Below, in pieces: positions 40,162 to 49,763 of a DNA stretch of 64,000 bases. This DNA comes from Candidatus Levybacteria bacterium RIFCSPHIGHO2_01_FULL_36_15b (lineage in GTDB: Bacteria > Patescibacteriota > Microgenomatia > Levybacterales > UBA12049): the NCBI GenBank assembly GCA_001782045.1, contig MFNK01000009.1, positions 7,516 to 71,515 of the forward strand, read 5' to 3'. The first letter of the stretch is position 1. The number at the start of each line of letters is the position of its first letter. The position numbers and the translations under genes were made by a program. The notes beneath the pieces were generated by a model that saw nothing but the letters and a program-made list of their open reading frames with translations, did no database searches and was not told where the DNA came from.

Positions 40162-40180
40162 AGTGGAAAAGAGGTGAATT

Positions 40181-40738
40181 ATGGAAAGAGAACAAACAGA
40201 AAATTTAAAATATAATTTTTCGGTAAAGATGGCCGGAGAAGCTGACTTAAAGTATGTTCCGGAAATTTCAGGGTGGACAAATAGTGCAGGAACTATGATA
40301 GCCCTTTCAGAAGAAAAACTTGCAGAGTTATTTCTAAACGATAATTCGGCAATTGTAACAAATTCTTTGGGTCAAATAGTTTCTCATGCTGCTATTACTT
40401 GCGAGTATCTCGATGATTTCCTTGAATTTGGAGGTTTGGTAACAGGTAAGGATTTTCAAAATCACGGTGCAGCGACATTGGTTACAAAATTTCTTTTATG
40501 TAAAAAATCTAAAGAAAATCCGGGTAAGACTATTTTTGCTCTTGCGAATAATATTAGCTCAAAAATTTTGATTAAGCTTAATGCTCCGGAAATGCTCACA
40601 ACCGAAGTTTGTGAACAAGCTTGGGATTTATGCAAGGAATGCCCTAAATACATGAAACCAAAATCGGGAGAAATTTTTGAATGCTGCGATACACCTTACA
40701 ACTTAACAGAAGTTTGCAAAGGAGGTGATAAGAAATGA
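40181..40738 (+). CDS. GNAT acetyltransferase resembling short ArgA-type N-acetylglutamate synthases
   Basis: GNAT motif A (GGLVTGKDFQNHGAA), C-terminal W..C..C...CC cluster; adjacent to an ArgE-like gene; SD GAGGTGA. Confidence 0.6.
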   Translation: MEREQTENLKYNFSVKMAGEADLKYVPEISGWTNSAGTMIALSEEKLAELFLNDNSAIVTNSLGQIVSHAAITCEYLDDFLEFGGLVTGKDFQNHGAATLVTKFLLCKKSKENPGKTIFALANNISSKILIKLNAPEMLTTEVCEQAWDLCKECPKYMKPKSGEIFECCDTPYNLTEVCKGGDKK

Positions 40739-40905
40739 AAGAATTTTTTAAACCAGAACAAACAGAATTTTTATATCCGGAAATTGTTCCGGTTTATCAG
40801 CGTGCCTTTGCAGGAGAACCATGGTTTGAAGTAAGCAAATGCGCGGACGAGTCTGAAATTCAGAAATGTATAGGGGGATTTTCCAAATTATGTCTGGGCT
40901 TATAA
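40735..40905 (+). pseudogene. Truncated GNAT-like gene fragment (56 aa)
   Basis: Strong SD and ATGA coupling; VYQRAFAGEPWFE resembles a GNAT N-terminus; stops early. Confidence 0.45.
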
Positions 40906-41022
40906 ACGAGAGATGGGAGTTCCGGACAGGAGAGATTTTGTTTCTATAATGCCGTTATTGTACAATCGAAAAAACATAACTGAACAACGCGAAAAATCTA
41001 TATTTAATTTTTATTACAAGCA

Positions 41023-42012
41023 ATGGATAACGGAATAATTTTGTTAAAAAAACTTATTTCAATTCCTTCTGAAACGGGGAATGAGAAAGTCATTTGTAAT
41101 TTTGTTTATAGCCTGTTAAAAAAGGAGGGTTTTTTAGTGCAAAAAATTTCAGTTGGGAATAGGTTCAATGTAATTGCAAAAATTGGAAAACCTAAAGTTT
41201 TTCTACAAGCACATTTAGATACTGTACCACCATTTATAAAATTTAGCCAAGATGAAAAATTCATCTATGGCCGTGGAGCATGTGACACAAAAGGAAGCGC
41301 AGCGGCTATGATTACTGCTTCGCTTGAATTGGCAAAATCAGGAGTAAAAGATTTTGGATTAATATTTACGGTTGGGGAAGAAGTAGATTTTACAGGAGTC
41401 AAAAAACTTTCAAAATATAATTTCCCCTTTGTCATTGTTGGCGAGCCAACCTCACTTAAGGCAGTAAACGCGCATTTTGGAATTTTAGTATTTAAAATTA
41501 CCGCAAAAGGAAAAGCTGCGCACAGCAGCCTTCCGGAAAAAGGTATAAATGCAATACAGCTTCTTTTAGAAACTCTTAATAGGGTTAATAAAATAAAAAT
41601 TTTTCCGGAAAGTATACTTACTCTTGCAAAGATAGAAGGAGGAATCGCAGACAATATAATACCGGAAACAGCAAGCGCTCTTTATAGCATGAGGATTTCT
41701 CCCAACGACAAAAAAGATTATATAAAAGAATTTAAATCTGCTCTTTCTAAATATACAAAGGTTGAACAAATTCTAAATGTGTCATCCGTTAACAACAAAA
41801 TTCCAAGTGAGCTCTCATTTTTTAAGGTTGGAGAAATGTTAAAAGGCTCAACAGAACTTGCTTTCTTTAAAAACGGAGTTATTTTGGGCCCGGGCGATAT
41901 TAAATTTGCACACAGCCAAGATGAAAAAATTGAAAAGAAAGAGCTTAAGGAAGCAGTAAGAATTTATTCAAAGATCGTTGAAAATTTTATTGGAAGTAAT
42001 TTAGCCACTTGA
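41023..42012 (+). CDS. M20 metallopeptidase, ArgE/DapE-like deacetylase
   Basis: AHLDTVPP, GRGACDTKG, VGEE, VGEPT, GKAAHSS.PEKGINAI, AHSQDE. Confidence 0.88.
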   Translation: MDNGIILLKKLISIPSETGNEKVICNFVYSLLKKEGFLVQKISVGNRFNVIAKIGKPKVFLQAHLDTVPPFIKFSQDEKFIYGRGACDTKGSAAAMITASLELAKSGVKDFGLIFTVGEEVDFTGVKKLSKYNFPFVIVGEPTSLKAVNAHFGILVFKITAKGKAAHSSLPEKGINAIQLLLETLNRVNKIKIFPESILTLAKIEGGIADNIIPETASALYSMRISPNDKKDYIKEFKSALSKYTKVEQILNVSSVNNKIPSELSFFKVGEMLKGSTELAFFKNGVILGPGDIKFAHSQDEKIEKKELKEAVRIYSKIVENFIGSNLAT

Positions 42013-42128
42013 CAGCATTGTGAATTATTGGTATAAAAAGAATACTCTATAGACATTAAATGGAAGAGGTGAAGACCTCTCCCGTTTTTTTGGCGTTATT
42101 TGGGCAGGAAATTATAATTTTTACCTAA
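42009..42128 (+). promoter_or_regulatory. rpoB promoter and leader with a terminator hairpin inside a 22-codon uORF
   Basis: TTGACA-17-TATAAA; AGAGGT-GAAG-ACCTCT then T7; uORF 42060-42128 ends in TAATG overlapping the rpoB ATG. Confidence 0.6.
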
Positions 42129-45100
42129 TGGCAAAAAAGGGCAGTAGCAAAAACAGTAAGGACGGCATTAGAATTGTGTGGGGCAAAGATTTTTCTTTAC
42201 TCCCCAATCTTGATTTACTTCAAATTCAAAAAAATTCATATCAGTGGTTTTTAGATGAGGGAATTAAGGAAATTCTAAACGAGATTTCTCCAATTGATGA
42301 CTTTACAGAAAAAAACTGGACACTTGAACTTAAAGACTATAGATTAGGAAAGGCTTCTACTACTCCCGAGAATGCACTTTTAAAAGGCATCACCTACGAC
42401 AGTCCCTTATATGTAGAAACCACCCTCACAAACAAAAAAACAGATGCAAAATATAACCAAGAAGTATTTTTAGGTGATATTCCTCTTATGACAGAAAGAG
42501 GCACCTTTATAATTAATGGAATTGAGCGGGCAGTAGTAAACCAGCTTGTTCGAAGCCCCGGTGTTTTCTTTACTGCAACACCAGATAACGTTACTGGAAA
42601 AACCCTTTATATGGCAGAAATAAGACCAGTTCACGGAAGCTGGCTAGAATTTACAACTACAAGACATGAAACAATAATGGTAAAAATTGACAGAAGAAGA
42701 AAGTTTTTATCGACAACATTTTTAAGAGCTCTGGGAATGTCTTCTAACGAGGCAATAAAAGAAAGATTTGTACAGACAGAGGCTGATAAAACCCAATTTA
42801 TAGAAAACACACTTCTTAAAGATGATACTGCAACGTCTGACGATGCAGTAATTGAGATTTTCAAAAAGATGCACCCCGGAGAACCGGTAGTCTTAGACAA
42901 AGTAAGGGAAAATTTCTTAGGCACATTCTTCAACAATAGAAGGTACGATTTGGGAGTAGTTGGAAGGTATAAGATTAACAAAAAACTCCAAAATATAGAA
43001 GGATTTACTCCACCCAGTATTGAGACCAAAATTTTGACAACAGAAGATATTATTGGAACACTGTCTTTTCTTATTAAACTAGCTCAGGGACAAGAAGGAA
43101 TAGATGATATTGATAATTTGGCAAATAGAAGAGTCAGATGCGTAGGAGAATTAGTAGCAACGACTGCATTTAGAATTGGTGCCTTAAGATTAGAGCGATC
43201 TGTTAAAGAGCGAATGAGCTTAATTCAGGCAGATCAGCCAATTTCAATTGGCGGACTTATTAATGCAAGACCAATCATGGCTTCTATTAATGAATTCTTC
43301 AGAACCTCGCAGCTTTCTACAATTTTGGATCAAACAAACCCACTTTCCGAAATTGACAACTTAAACCGCCTAACAGTTATGGGAACCGGCGGAATTTCAA
43401 GAGAAAGAGCAGCCTTTTCAATAAGAGACATAAATGCGTCCCAATACAGCAGAATTTGTCCTATCCGAAGCCCTGAAGGTCCAAACATTGGATTAGTAAC
43501 CTATCTTGCTTTATTCGCAAAAGTAAATAAGTACGGATTTTTAGAAGCTCCTTATAGAAAAGTAGTGCAGGAAAAAAGAGGCAAAGAAAAACTTGCTAAA
43601 GCAACAAATGAAATAGTTTATTTGTCAGCAGACGATGAGCGAAATCATTATATTACTCATGCGGGAATGCTTGATCAAAACGGGAAAATTATCGATGAAA
43701 GAGTTCCGGCAAGATTTAAGGGTGAATTTATAGAAACGGATAGAGAAAACATTGAATATGTAGACGTTGTTCCAAGACAAGTTGTAGGAAGCGCAGCTTC
43801 TCTTATTCCTTTTGTATCACATGATGAAGCGAATAGAGCCTTAATGGGTACACACATGCAGTGTCAGGCAGTGCCACTTCTTAAGCCGGAAAGCCCAATT
43901 GTTGGAACCGGAATGGAAAATTCAATTTCTCAGATGATGGGAAGGGTAATTTATGCCCCCTACGACGGAATTATAGAATACGCAGATTCCGACAAGGTGA
44001 CAATCAAAGGAAGAGGATCAAAAGAAGAAATAACATATTACATCAATTCTTTCAAGAGAACATCTAATGCAACTTCATATAGTCAAAAAACAGTTGTAAA
44101 AACAGGTCAGCGAGTTAAAAAAGGAGATATTTTAGTTGATGGGCCTTCTTCGCAAAATGGAGAACTAGCTCTTGGTCAAAACCTACTTATTGCATATATG
44201 TCTTTTGACGGACTTGGATATGAAGACGGAATAGTTATTTCAGACAGGCTTGTTAAAGAAGATACCTTGTCATCTATTCATATTGAAAAGCATGAAGCAG
44301 CAGTTGTTGAAACAAAACTTGGACCCGAAGAGACAACAAGAGATATCCCTAATGTTTCGGAAGAGGATTTGGCAAATTTAGATGAAGACGGAATAGTGGT
44401 AGTAGGCTCGGAAGTTGAACCGGGAGATATCTTGGTCGGAAAAATAGCTCCAAAAGGAGAAACAGAACTTTCTGCAGAAGAAAGACTGCTCCGGGCAATA
44501 TTTGGAGAACAAGCAAGAGAAGTTAGGGATACATCCCTTAGAATTCCCCATGGCGAACGAGGCACAGTAATAAGCGTTCAGATATTAGATAGAAAAAAGG
44601 GAGATGAACTGGAGCCCGGCTGTTTAAGAAAAATAATTGTTGAAGTAGCACAGCTTCGACACGTTGTAATAGGCGATAAACTTGCAGGTAGACACGGAAA
44701 TAAAGGAGTTATTTCAAAAATACTCCCTGAAGTTGATATGCCTCATTTGGCAGATGGTACTCCGGTTGATATTATAATTTCTCCAATTTCGGTACTTGCG
44801 CGTATGAATTTAGGACAACTTTTAGAAGCGCATCTTGGTTGGGCTGCAAAAGAGCTTGGACAAAAAATTGCAATTCCAGCATTCGAAGAAGTAAATGAAC
44901 AAAAAATTGTTGACGAGCTAAAAAAAGCAGGACTTCCGGTAACTGGCAAAGCAGTACTTTATGACGGTAGAACTGGAGAGCCTTATGAAAATCCGGCAGT
45001 TGTCGGAATTGAGTACATAATGAAGCTAATCCATATGGTAGAAGATAAAACTCACGCACGATCAACCGGACCATACTCTTTGGTTACGCAGCAGCCTTTA

Positions 45101-45553
45101 GGAGGAAAAGCTCAAATGGGAGGACAAAGGCTTGGAGAAATGGAAGTTTGGGCACTGGAAGCGCATCGCGCACGCTATACTCTGCAGGAAATGTTGACTA
45201 TAAAATCAGATGACGTCGTAGGAAGAGCAAAGGCGTTTGAGGCTATTGTTAAGGGAACAGATATACCTACTCCGAAGGTTCCAGAAAGCTTTAAGGTTTT
45301 AATTAAGGAATTAAACGCGCTGGGATTAAATGTTGTTCCAATGGGCGCAACGGTTTCGGATCATCCGATTGATGAACCAATTGCGACAACCGAAGAAGCA
45401 AAAAAAGCTGCAGCAGAAGAGGCAGTTGAAGAAGAAGCAAAAGAGCTAAAAGAAGAATTAGGGGGAGAAGATACTTTAGGAAAGGGAGAAGAGTCTTCCG
45501 CTCAGGGTATGGATGTAGCAGAAGCGGAAGGAGAAAGTAAGGCAAATGAATAA
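42128..45553 (+). CDS. rpoB: RNA polymerase beta subunit
   Basis: GDKLAGRHGNKGV, GGQRLGEMEVWALEA. Confidence 0.99.
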   Translation: MAKKGSSKNSKDGIRIVWGKDFSLLPNLDLLQIQKNSYQWFLDEGIKEILNEISPIDDFTEKNWTLELKDYRLGKASTTPENALLKGITYDSPLYVETTLTNKKTDAKYNQEVFLGDIPLMTERGTFIINGIERAVVNQLVRSPGVFFTATPDNVTGKTLYMAEIRPVHGSWLEFTTTRHETIMVKIDRRRKFLSTTFLRALGMSSNEAIKERFVQTEADKTQFIENTLLKDDTATSDDAVIEIFKKMHPGEPVVLDKVRENFLGTFFNNRRYDLGVVGRYKINKKLQNIEGFTPPSIETKILTTEDIIGTLSFLIKLAQGQEGIDDIDNLANRRVRCVGELVATTAFRIGALRLERSVKERMSLIQADQPISIGGLINARPIMASINEFFRTSQLSTILDQTNPLSEIDNLNRLTVMGTGGISRERAAFSIRDINASQYSRICPIRSPEGPNIGLVTYLALFAKVNKYGFLEAPYRKVVQEKRGKEKLAKATNEIVYLSADDERNHYITHAGMLDQNGKIIDERVPARFKGEFIETDRENIEYVDVVPRQVVGSAASLIPFVSHDEANRALMGTHMQCQAVPLLKPESPIVGTGMENSISQMMGRVIYAPYDGIIEYADSDKVTIKGRGSKEEITYYINSFKRTSNATSYSQKTVVKTGQRVKKGDILVDGPSSQNGELALGQNLLIAYMSFDGLGYEDGIVISDRLVKEDTLSSIHIEKHEAAVVETKLGPEETTRDIPNVSEEDLANLDEDGIVVVGSEVEPGDILVGKIAPKGETELSAEERLLRAIFGEQAREVRDTSLRIPHGERGTVISVQILDRKKGDELEPGCLRKIIVEVAQLRHVVIGDKLAGRHGNKGVISKILPEVDMPHLADGTPVDIIISPISVLARMNLGQLLEAHLGWAAKELGQKIAIPAFEEVNEQKIVDELKKAGLPVTGKAVLYDGRTGEPYENPAVVGIEYIMKLIHMVEDKTHARSTGPYSLVTQQPLGGKAQMGGQRLGEMEVWALEAHRARYTLQEMLTIKSDDVVGRAKAFEAIVKGTDIPTPKVPESFKVLIKELNALGLNVVPMGATVSDHPIDEPIATTEEAKKAAAEEAVEEEAKELKEELGGEDTLGKGEESSAQGMDVAEAEGESKANE

Positions 45554-48500
45554 TAATAACTCTAAGAAAAATAAAGACATAACAATTTTGGACTTTAAAG
45601 CATTAAAACTTCTTTTGGCGAGTAAAGAAGATATTATGAATTGGTCTTACGGCGAAGTTACAAAGCCTGAAACCATAAATTATAGAACTTTAAGGCCAGA
45701 AAAAGACGGACTTTTTGATGAAAGAATTTTCGGACCCACAAAAGATTGGGAATGTTACTGCGGAAAATATAAAAGAATAAGAAACAGAGGCATAATTTGC
45801 GATAAATGCGGAGTTGAAGTAACTCTATCCAGAGTAAGAAGAGAGAGAATGGGTCATATTAATCTTGCATCTCCTGTTTCACATGTATGGTTTTTCAAGG
45901 GTTCAAGTTCTCCGCTTTCTCTAATGCTTGATATGTCTCAAAAGAGCCTGGAAGGCGTTATTTATTATGCGTCTTATCTTGTGACAGATTTGGATGACGA
46001 AAAAAAGAAAGAAGCGCTTTCAACTCTTTCTAAGGTTATTGAAAAAAGAAAGGAAGAATTAAGACGCGAAATTCTTACTGAAGAAAAAACAATTGGAAAG
46101 GAAATTGAAGGTAAAAAGAAAGAAGCGGTAACGACTAAAGTTAAAGGCGAGCAAAAAGACTTGATAAAAGAAGAATTAGAGTTAAATAAAAGACAAAAAA
46201 TAGCAAGACTTACCGAGCGAGCAGATGCAGAAGCTAAAAAATTAGATGAAATAGAAGATGCGCTTTCTAAACTTCTAAAAAGTCTTAAAGTGGGAAGCGT
46301 TTTATCGGAAGATGAGTATTATAAAATTTTAGAATACGATATACCAATTTTCTTCACTATTAAAACCGGGGCAGAGGGATTAATGGAATTAATTGAAAAA
46401 ATTGGAATCGCCAACCTTATTTTGGATCTTCGAGAAGAAACAGCTAAAGCTAAAGGACAAAAATACTTCAAATTGATTAAAAGACTGCGTCTTTTAGAGG
46501 CAATGCGAAAAGCAGGAGTTGAGCCTAAATCAATGATACTTACAACGCTACCTGTTATTCCCCCGGATTTGCGACCCATGGTTCAGCTTGCTGGAGGAAG
46601 ATTTGCAACATCCGACTTAAACGATTTATACAGAAGAGTAATTAACAGAAATAATAGATTAAGACATTTGATGGCACTTGGTGCACCTGAAATAATTTTA
46701 AGAAACGAAAAAAGGATGCTTCAGGAATCTGTAGATTCTTTAATTGATGCTTCTCAGCGTACAACCCAGGTTGTCGCATCGCCTCTTCGATCTCTTTCAG
46801 ATATGTTAAGAGGAAAACAAGGAAGATTTAGGCAGAATTTACTCGGAAAAAGAGTTGATTATTCCGGCCGAAGCGTAATAGTAGTAGGTCCAGAACTTAA
46901 GCTTTCAGAGTGCGGATTGCCAAAGGAAATGGCACTTGAAATGTTTAAGCCATTTGTGTTGCGTGAAGTTATTGTAAGAGGATATGCCCCAAACATAAAA
47001 AGCGCAAAAAGATTTATAGAAAAAAGAAGTCCTGAAATATTTGATATTTTGGAAGAAATTACAAAAAATCATCCGGTTTTACTAAATCGTGCTCCAACGC
47101 TCCATAAGTTGGGAATTCAGGCATTTTATCCTGTTCTTATTGAAGGAAGCGCAATATCGCTGCATCCTTGCGTTTGTAGCGGATATAATGCTGATTTTGA
47201 CGGTGATCAAATGGCAGTTCATATTCCTCTTTCAGTAAAAGCACAGGAAGAAGCGGCAACTCTTATGATGCCAAAGCACAATTTGCTAAAGCCGGCAGAC
47301 GGAAGCCCTATTACTTTGCCAAATAAAGAAATGGCAGTTGGAATTTTCTATCTTACTTCAATAGACGAGTCTTTAAGAGCTGAGGTATTGCAGGGTTTTC
47401 ACAATATAAATGAAGTTATGCTTGCAATTTCAATGAGAAAAATAAAAATACGACAGCCAATTTTAGTAAAAATTGATAATGAAGTTGTCGAAACCTCTGC
47501 GGGAAGAGTAATGCTTAGCGAAAGACTTCCAAAAGAAATAGGATTTATAAACGAACAGGTTAAAGCTTCAGGCATAAAAGCTATTATTACTAAAGCCATT
47601 AAAAGCCTATCTCCCGAAGAAGTAGAAGCTTTAATTGATAATATTAAAGCCTTAGGATTTTATGGTGCAACAATTTCCGGAATCTCCGTTTCCGTATTTG
47701 ATAACGAAATGGTAGAAGAAAAAGACAAATTAATAGCTGAAGCAGAGAAAAAGGTAAGCGGCGTTGAAGATGATTATCAAGCAGGTCTTATTACTAATGA
47801 TGAGAAGAAAAGACTTTCAAATGAAATTTGGATTGAAACAACAGAAAAAATTGCAACTTTAACATGGAATAACTTAAAAATAGGAAACGTTATAAGAACC
47901 ATTATAGATTCTGAAGGAGCAAGAGCGGGTAAGGAGCAATTAAAACAGTTGTCCGCTATGAGAGGACTTATTCTTGATCCATTAGGTAAAATAGTTGAGC
48001 TCCCAATTAAAGGAAACTTTAGACAAGGGTTGTCTATTTATGAATATGTCGCATCAGCAAGAGGTAGCCGAAAAGGGTTAACAGATTCTGCTTTAAAAAC
48101 AGCAAACGCAGGATATTTGACCCGAAGATTGGTAGATGTATCTCACGATGTAATAGTACGCGGAGAAGACTGCGCAACAACAGAGGGAATTCTGATTGTT
48201 CAAAATGAGCCTGGTAGAACAGCTGAGTTTGCCGATAGAATTCTTGGAAGATTTGCGGCAGAAAAAGTTACTTCCAAAAAAAGCAGAAAAGAATTAATTA
48301 AAGCACATGAACTGGTTACAGAAGAAAAAGTCAAATTGTTATTGTCAGAAGGAATAGAAGAACTTTTAGTGCGTAGTGCAATTACTTGTAAACTTGAATA
48401 TGGAGTATGCGCAACCTGTTACGGTTGGGACTTTTCTACAAAAGCAAAAGTAGAGCTTGGAGTACCGGTAGGAGTTATAGCTGCGCAATCAATTGGAGAA

Positions 48501-49265
48501 CCGGGAACGCAGCTTACAATGCGTACAAGATACGTAGCTGGAGCAATAATGCAGGATGTTACCCAAGGTCTCCCAAGAGTAGAAGAGCTTTTTGAAATGA
48601 GAACTCCAAAAAGTCTTTCTCCCATTGCCGAAATAACAGGAAAAGTGTCAGTTGAGGCCGGCGAGGATGGATACATAGTAAAAGTTAGAAGCGCAAAAGC
48701 GAAACCTGCAGAAGAAAAAGAGTATTTTATTCCACTTGCTTCTACTTTAACAGTTGAAAATGGACAAGAATTACTTGCCGGTACACAGCTTGCCCAGGGA
48801 TATCTGGATCCAAAGGAAGTAATAAAAATTAAGGGTTTAGTAGATGCTCAAAGGTACATAATAACTGAAGCTCAAAAAGTTTATGAGAGTCAGGGAATTG
48901 GAATAAATGATAAACATTTTGAGGTAATACTTCGAAAAATGTCGGACAAAGTAATAATTGAAACCGTTGGGGATACATCTTTAATTCCGGGCGACTTTAT
49001 TACAAAAACAAGATTTGAGCAAATAAATGCAGAGGTTTTATCACAAGGAGGAGAACCAGCTACCGCACGGCAAACCATTCTTGGGATTACAAAGTCGTCT
49101 CTTTTCTCAGATTCTTGGCTTTCAGCTTCTTCATTCCAGGAAACTACAAAAGTATTAACAGAAGCAGCGCTCGAAGGTTCCGAGGACAAATTGGTTGGAC
49201 TTAAGGAAAACGTAATTATAGGAAGACTAATTCCCGTTGAAGGAACTATCCCAGATACGGTATAA
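45546..49265 (+). CDS. rpoC: RNA polymerase beta' subunit
   Basis: NADFDGDQMAVH, Zn finger, GLKENVIIGRLIP. Confidence 0.99.
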   Translation: MNNNNSKKNKDITILDFKALKLLLASKEDIMNWSYGEVTKPETINYRTLRPEKDGLFDERIFGPTKDWECYCGKYKRIRNRGIICDKCGVEVTLSRVRRERMGHINLASPVSHVWFFKGSSSPLSLMLDMSQKSLEGVIYYASYLVTDLDDEKKKEALSTLSKVIEKRKEELRREILTEEKTIGKEIEGKKKEAVTTKVKGEQKDLIKEELELNKRQKIARLTERADAEAKKLDEIEDALSKLLKSLKVGSVLSEDEYYKILEYDIPIFFTIKTGAEGLMELIEKIGIANLILDLREETAKAKGQKYFKLIKRLRLLEAMRKAGVEPKSMILTTLPVIPPDLRPMVQLAGGRFATSDLNDLYRRVINRNNRLRHLMALGAPEIILRNEKRMLQESVDSLIDASQRTTQVVASPLRSLSDMLRGKQGRFRQNLLGKRVDYSGRSVIVVGPELKLSECGLPKEMALEMFKPFVLREVIVRGYAPNIKSAKRFIEKRSPEIFDILEEITKNHPVLLNRAPTLHKLGIQAFYPVLIEGSAISLHPCVCSGYNADFDGDQMAVHIPLSVKAQEEAATLMMPKHNLLKPADGSPITLPNKEMAVGIFYLTSIDESLRAEVLQGFHNINEVMLAISMRKIKIRQPILVKIDNEVVETSAGRVMLSERLPKEIGFINEQVKASGIKAIITKAIKSLSPEEVEALIDNIKALGFYGATISGISVSVFDNEMVEEKDKLIAEAEKKVSGVEDDYQAGLITNDEKKRLSNEIWIETTEKIATLTWNNLKIGNVIRTIIDSEGARAGKEQLKQLSAMRGLILDPLGKIVELPIKGNFRQGLSIYEYVASARGSRKGLTDSALKTANAGYLTRRLVDVSHDVIVRGEDCATTEGILIVQNEPGRTAEFADRILGRFAAEKVTSKKSRKELIKAHELVTEEKVKLLLSEGIEELLVRSAITCKLEYGVCATCYGWDFSTKAKVELGVPVGVIAAQSIGEPGTQLTMRTRYVAGAIMQDVTQGLPRVEELFEMRTPKSLSPIAEITGKVSVEAGEDGYIVKVRSAKAKPAEEKEYFIPLASTLTVENGQELLAGTQLAQGYLDPKEVIKIKGLVDAQRYIITEAQKVYESQGIGINDKHFEVILRKMSDKVIIETVGDTSLIPGDFITKTRFEQINAEVLSQGGEPATARQTILGITKSSLFSDSWLSASSFQETTKVLTEAALEGSEDKLVGLKENVIIGRLIPVEGTIPDTV

Positions 49266-49275
49266 TACTTAACCT

Positions 49276-49758
49276 ATGCCTACACTTAGTCAGTTATCTA
49301 AAAGAGGAAGACATAAGAAGATTAAAAAGACAAAATCCGCTGCATTGAGGCGAATTTTTAACGCTAAAGAAAGGCGTTATAAAGATATTGAAGGACCTCA
49401 AAAACGCGGTGTTGTAACTTTAGTTAAAACTATGACTCCAAGAAAGCCTAATTCTGCGCTTAGAAAGGTAGCAAGAGTAAAACTTTCAAATCGCATGGAG
49501 GTAACAGCATATATTCAAGGCGTTGGCCACACTCTTTCGGAACACGGAATAGTCTTGGTAAGAGGCGGAAGGGTAAAAGATTTACCGGGTGTAAGATACC
49601 ATATAGTTAGAGGTAAGTTTGATTTAGCAGGAGTTGAAGGAAGAAAATCCAGTAGAAGCAAATACGGAGCAAAAAGAGGCGGAGGCCCGGTAAGAGTTGC
49701 AGGAACTCCAACGCCCACAGCTGAAGCACCGGCACCAGAAGCAGCACCTGCTGCATAA
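49276..49758 (+). CDS. rpsL: 30S ribosomal protein S12 with Ala/Pro-rich tail
   Basis: [21 protein letters not shown]. Confidence 0.98.
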   Translation: MPTLSQLSKRGRHKKIKKTKSAALRRIFNAKERRYKDIEGPQKRGVVTLVKTMTPRKPNSALRKVARVKLSNRMEVTAYIQGVGHTLSEHGIVLVRGGRVKDLPGVRYHIVRGKFDLAGVEGRKSSRSKYGAKRGGGPVRVAGTPTPTAEAPAPEAAPAA

Positions 49759-49763
49759 AATTT

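Noticed and set aside
46000-46290. Long coiled-coil insertion in RpoC
   Set aside because: Lineage-specific beta' insertions at this position are already known in several phyla.
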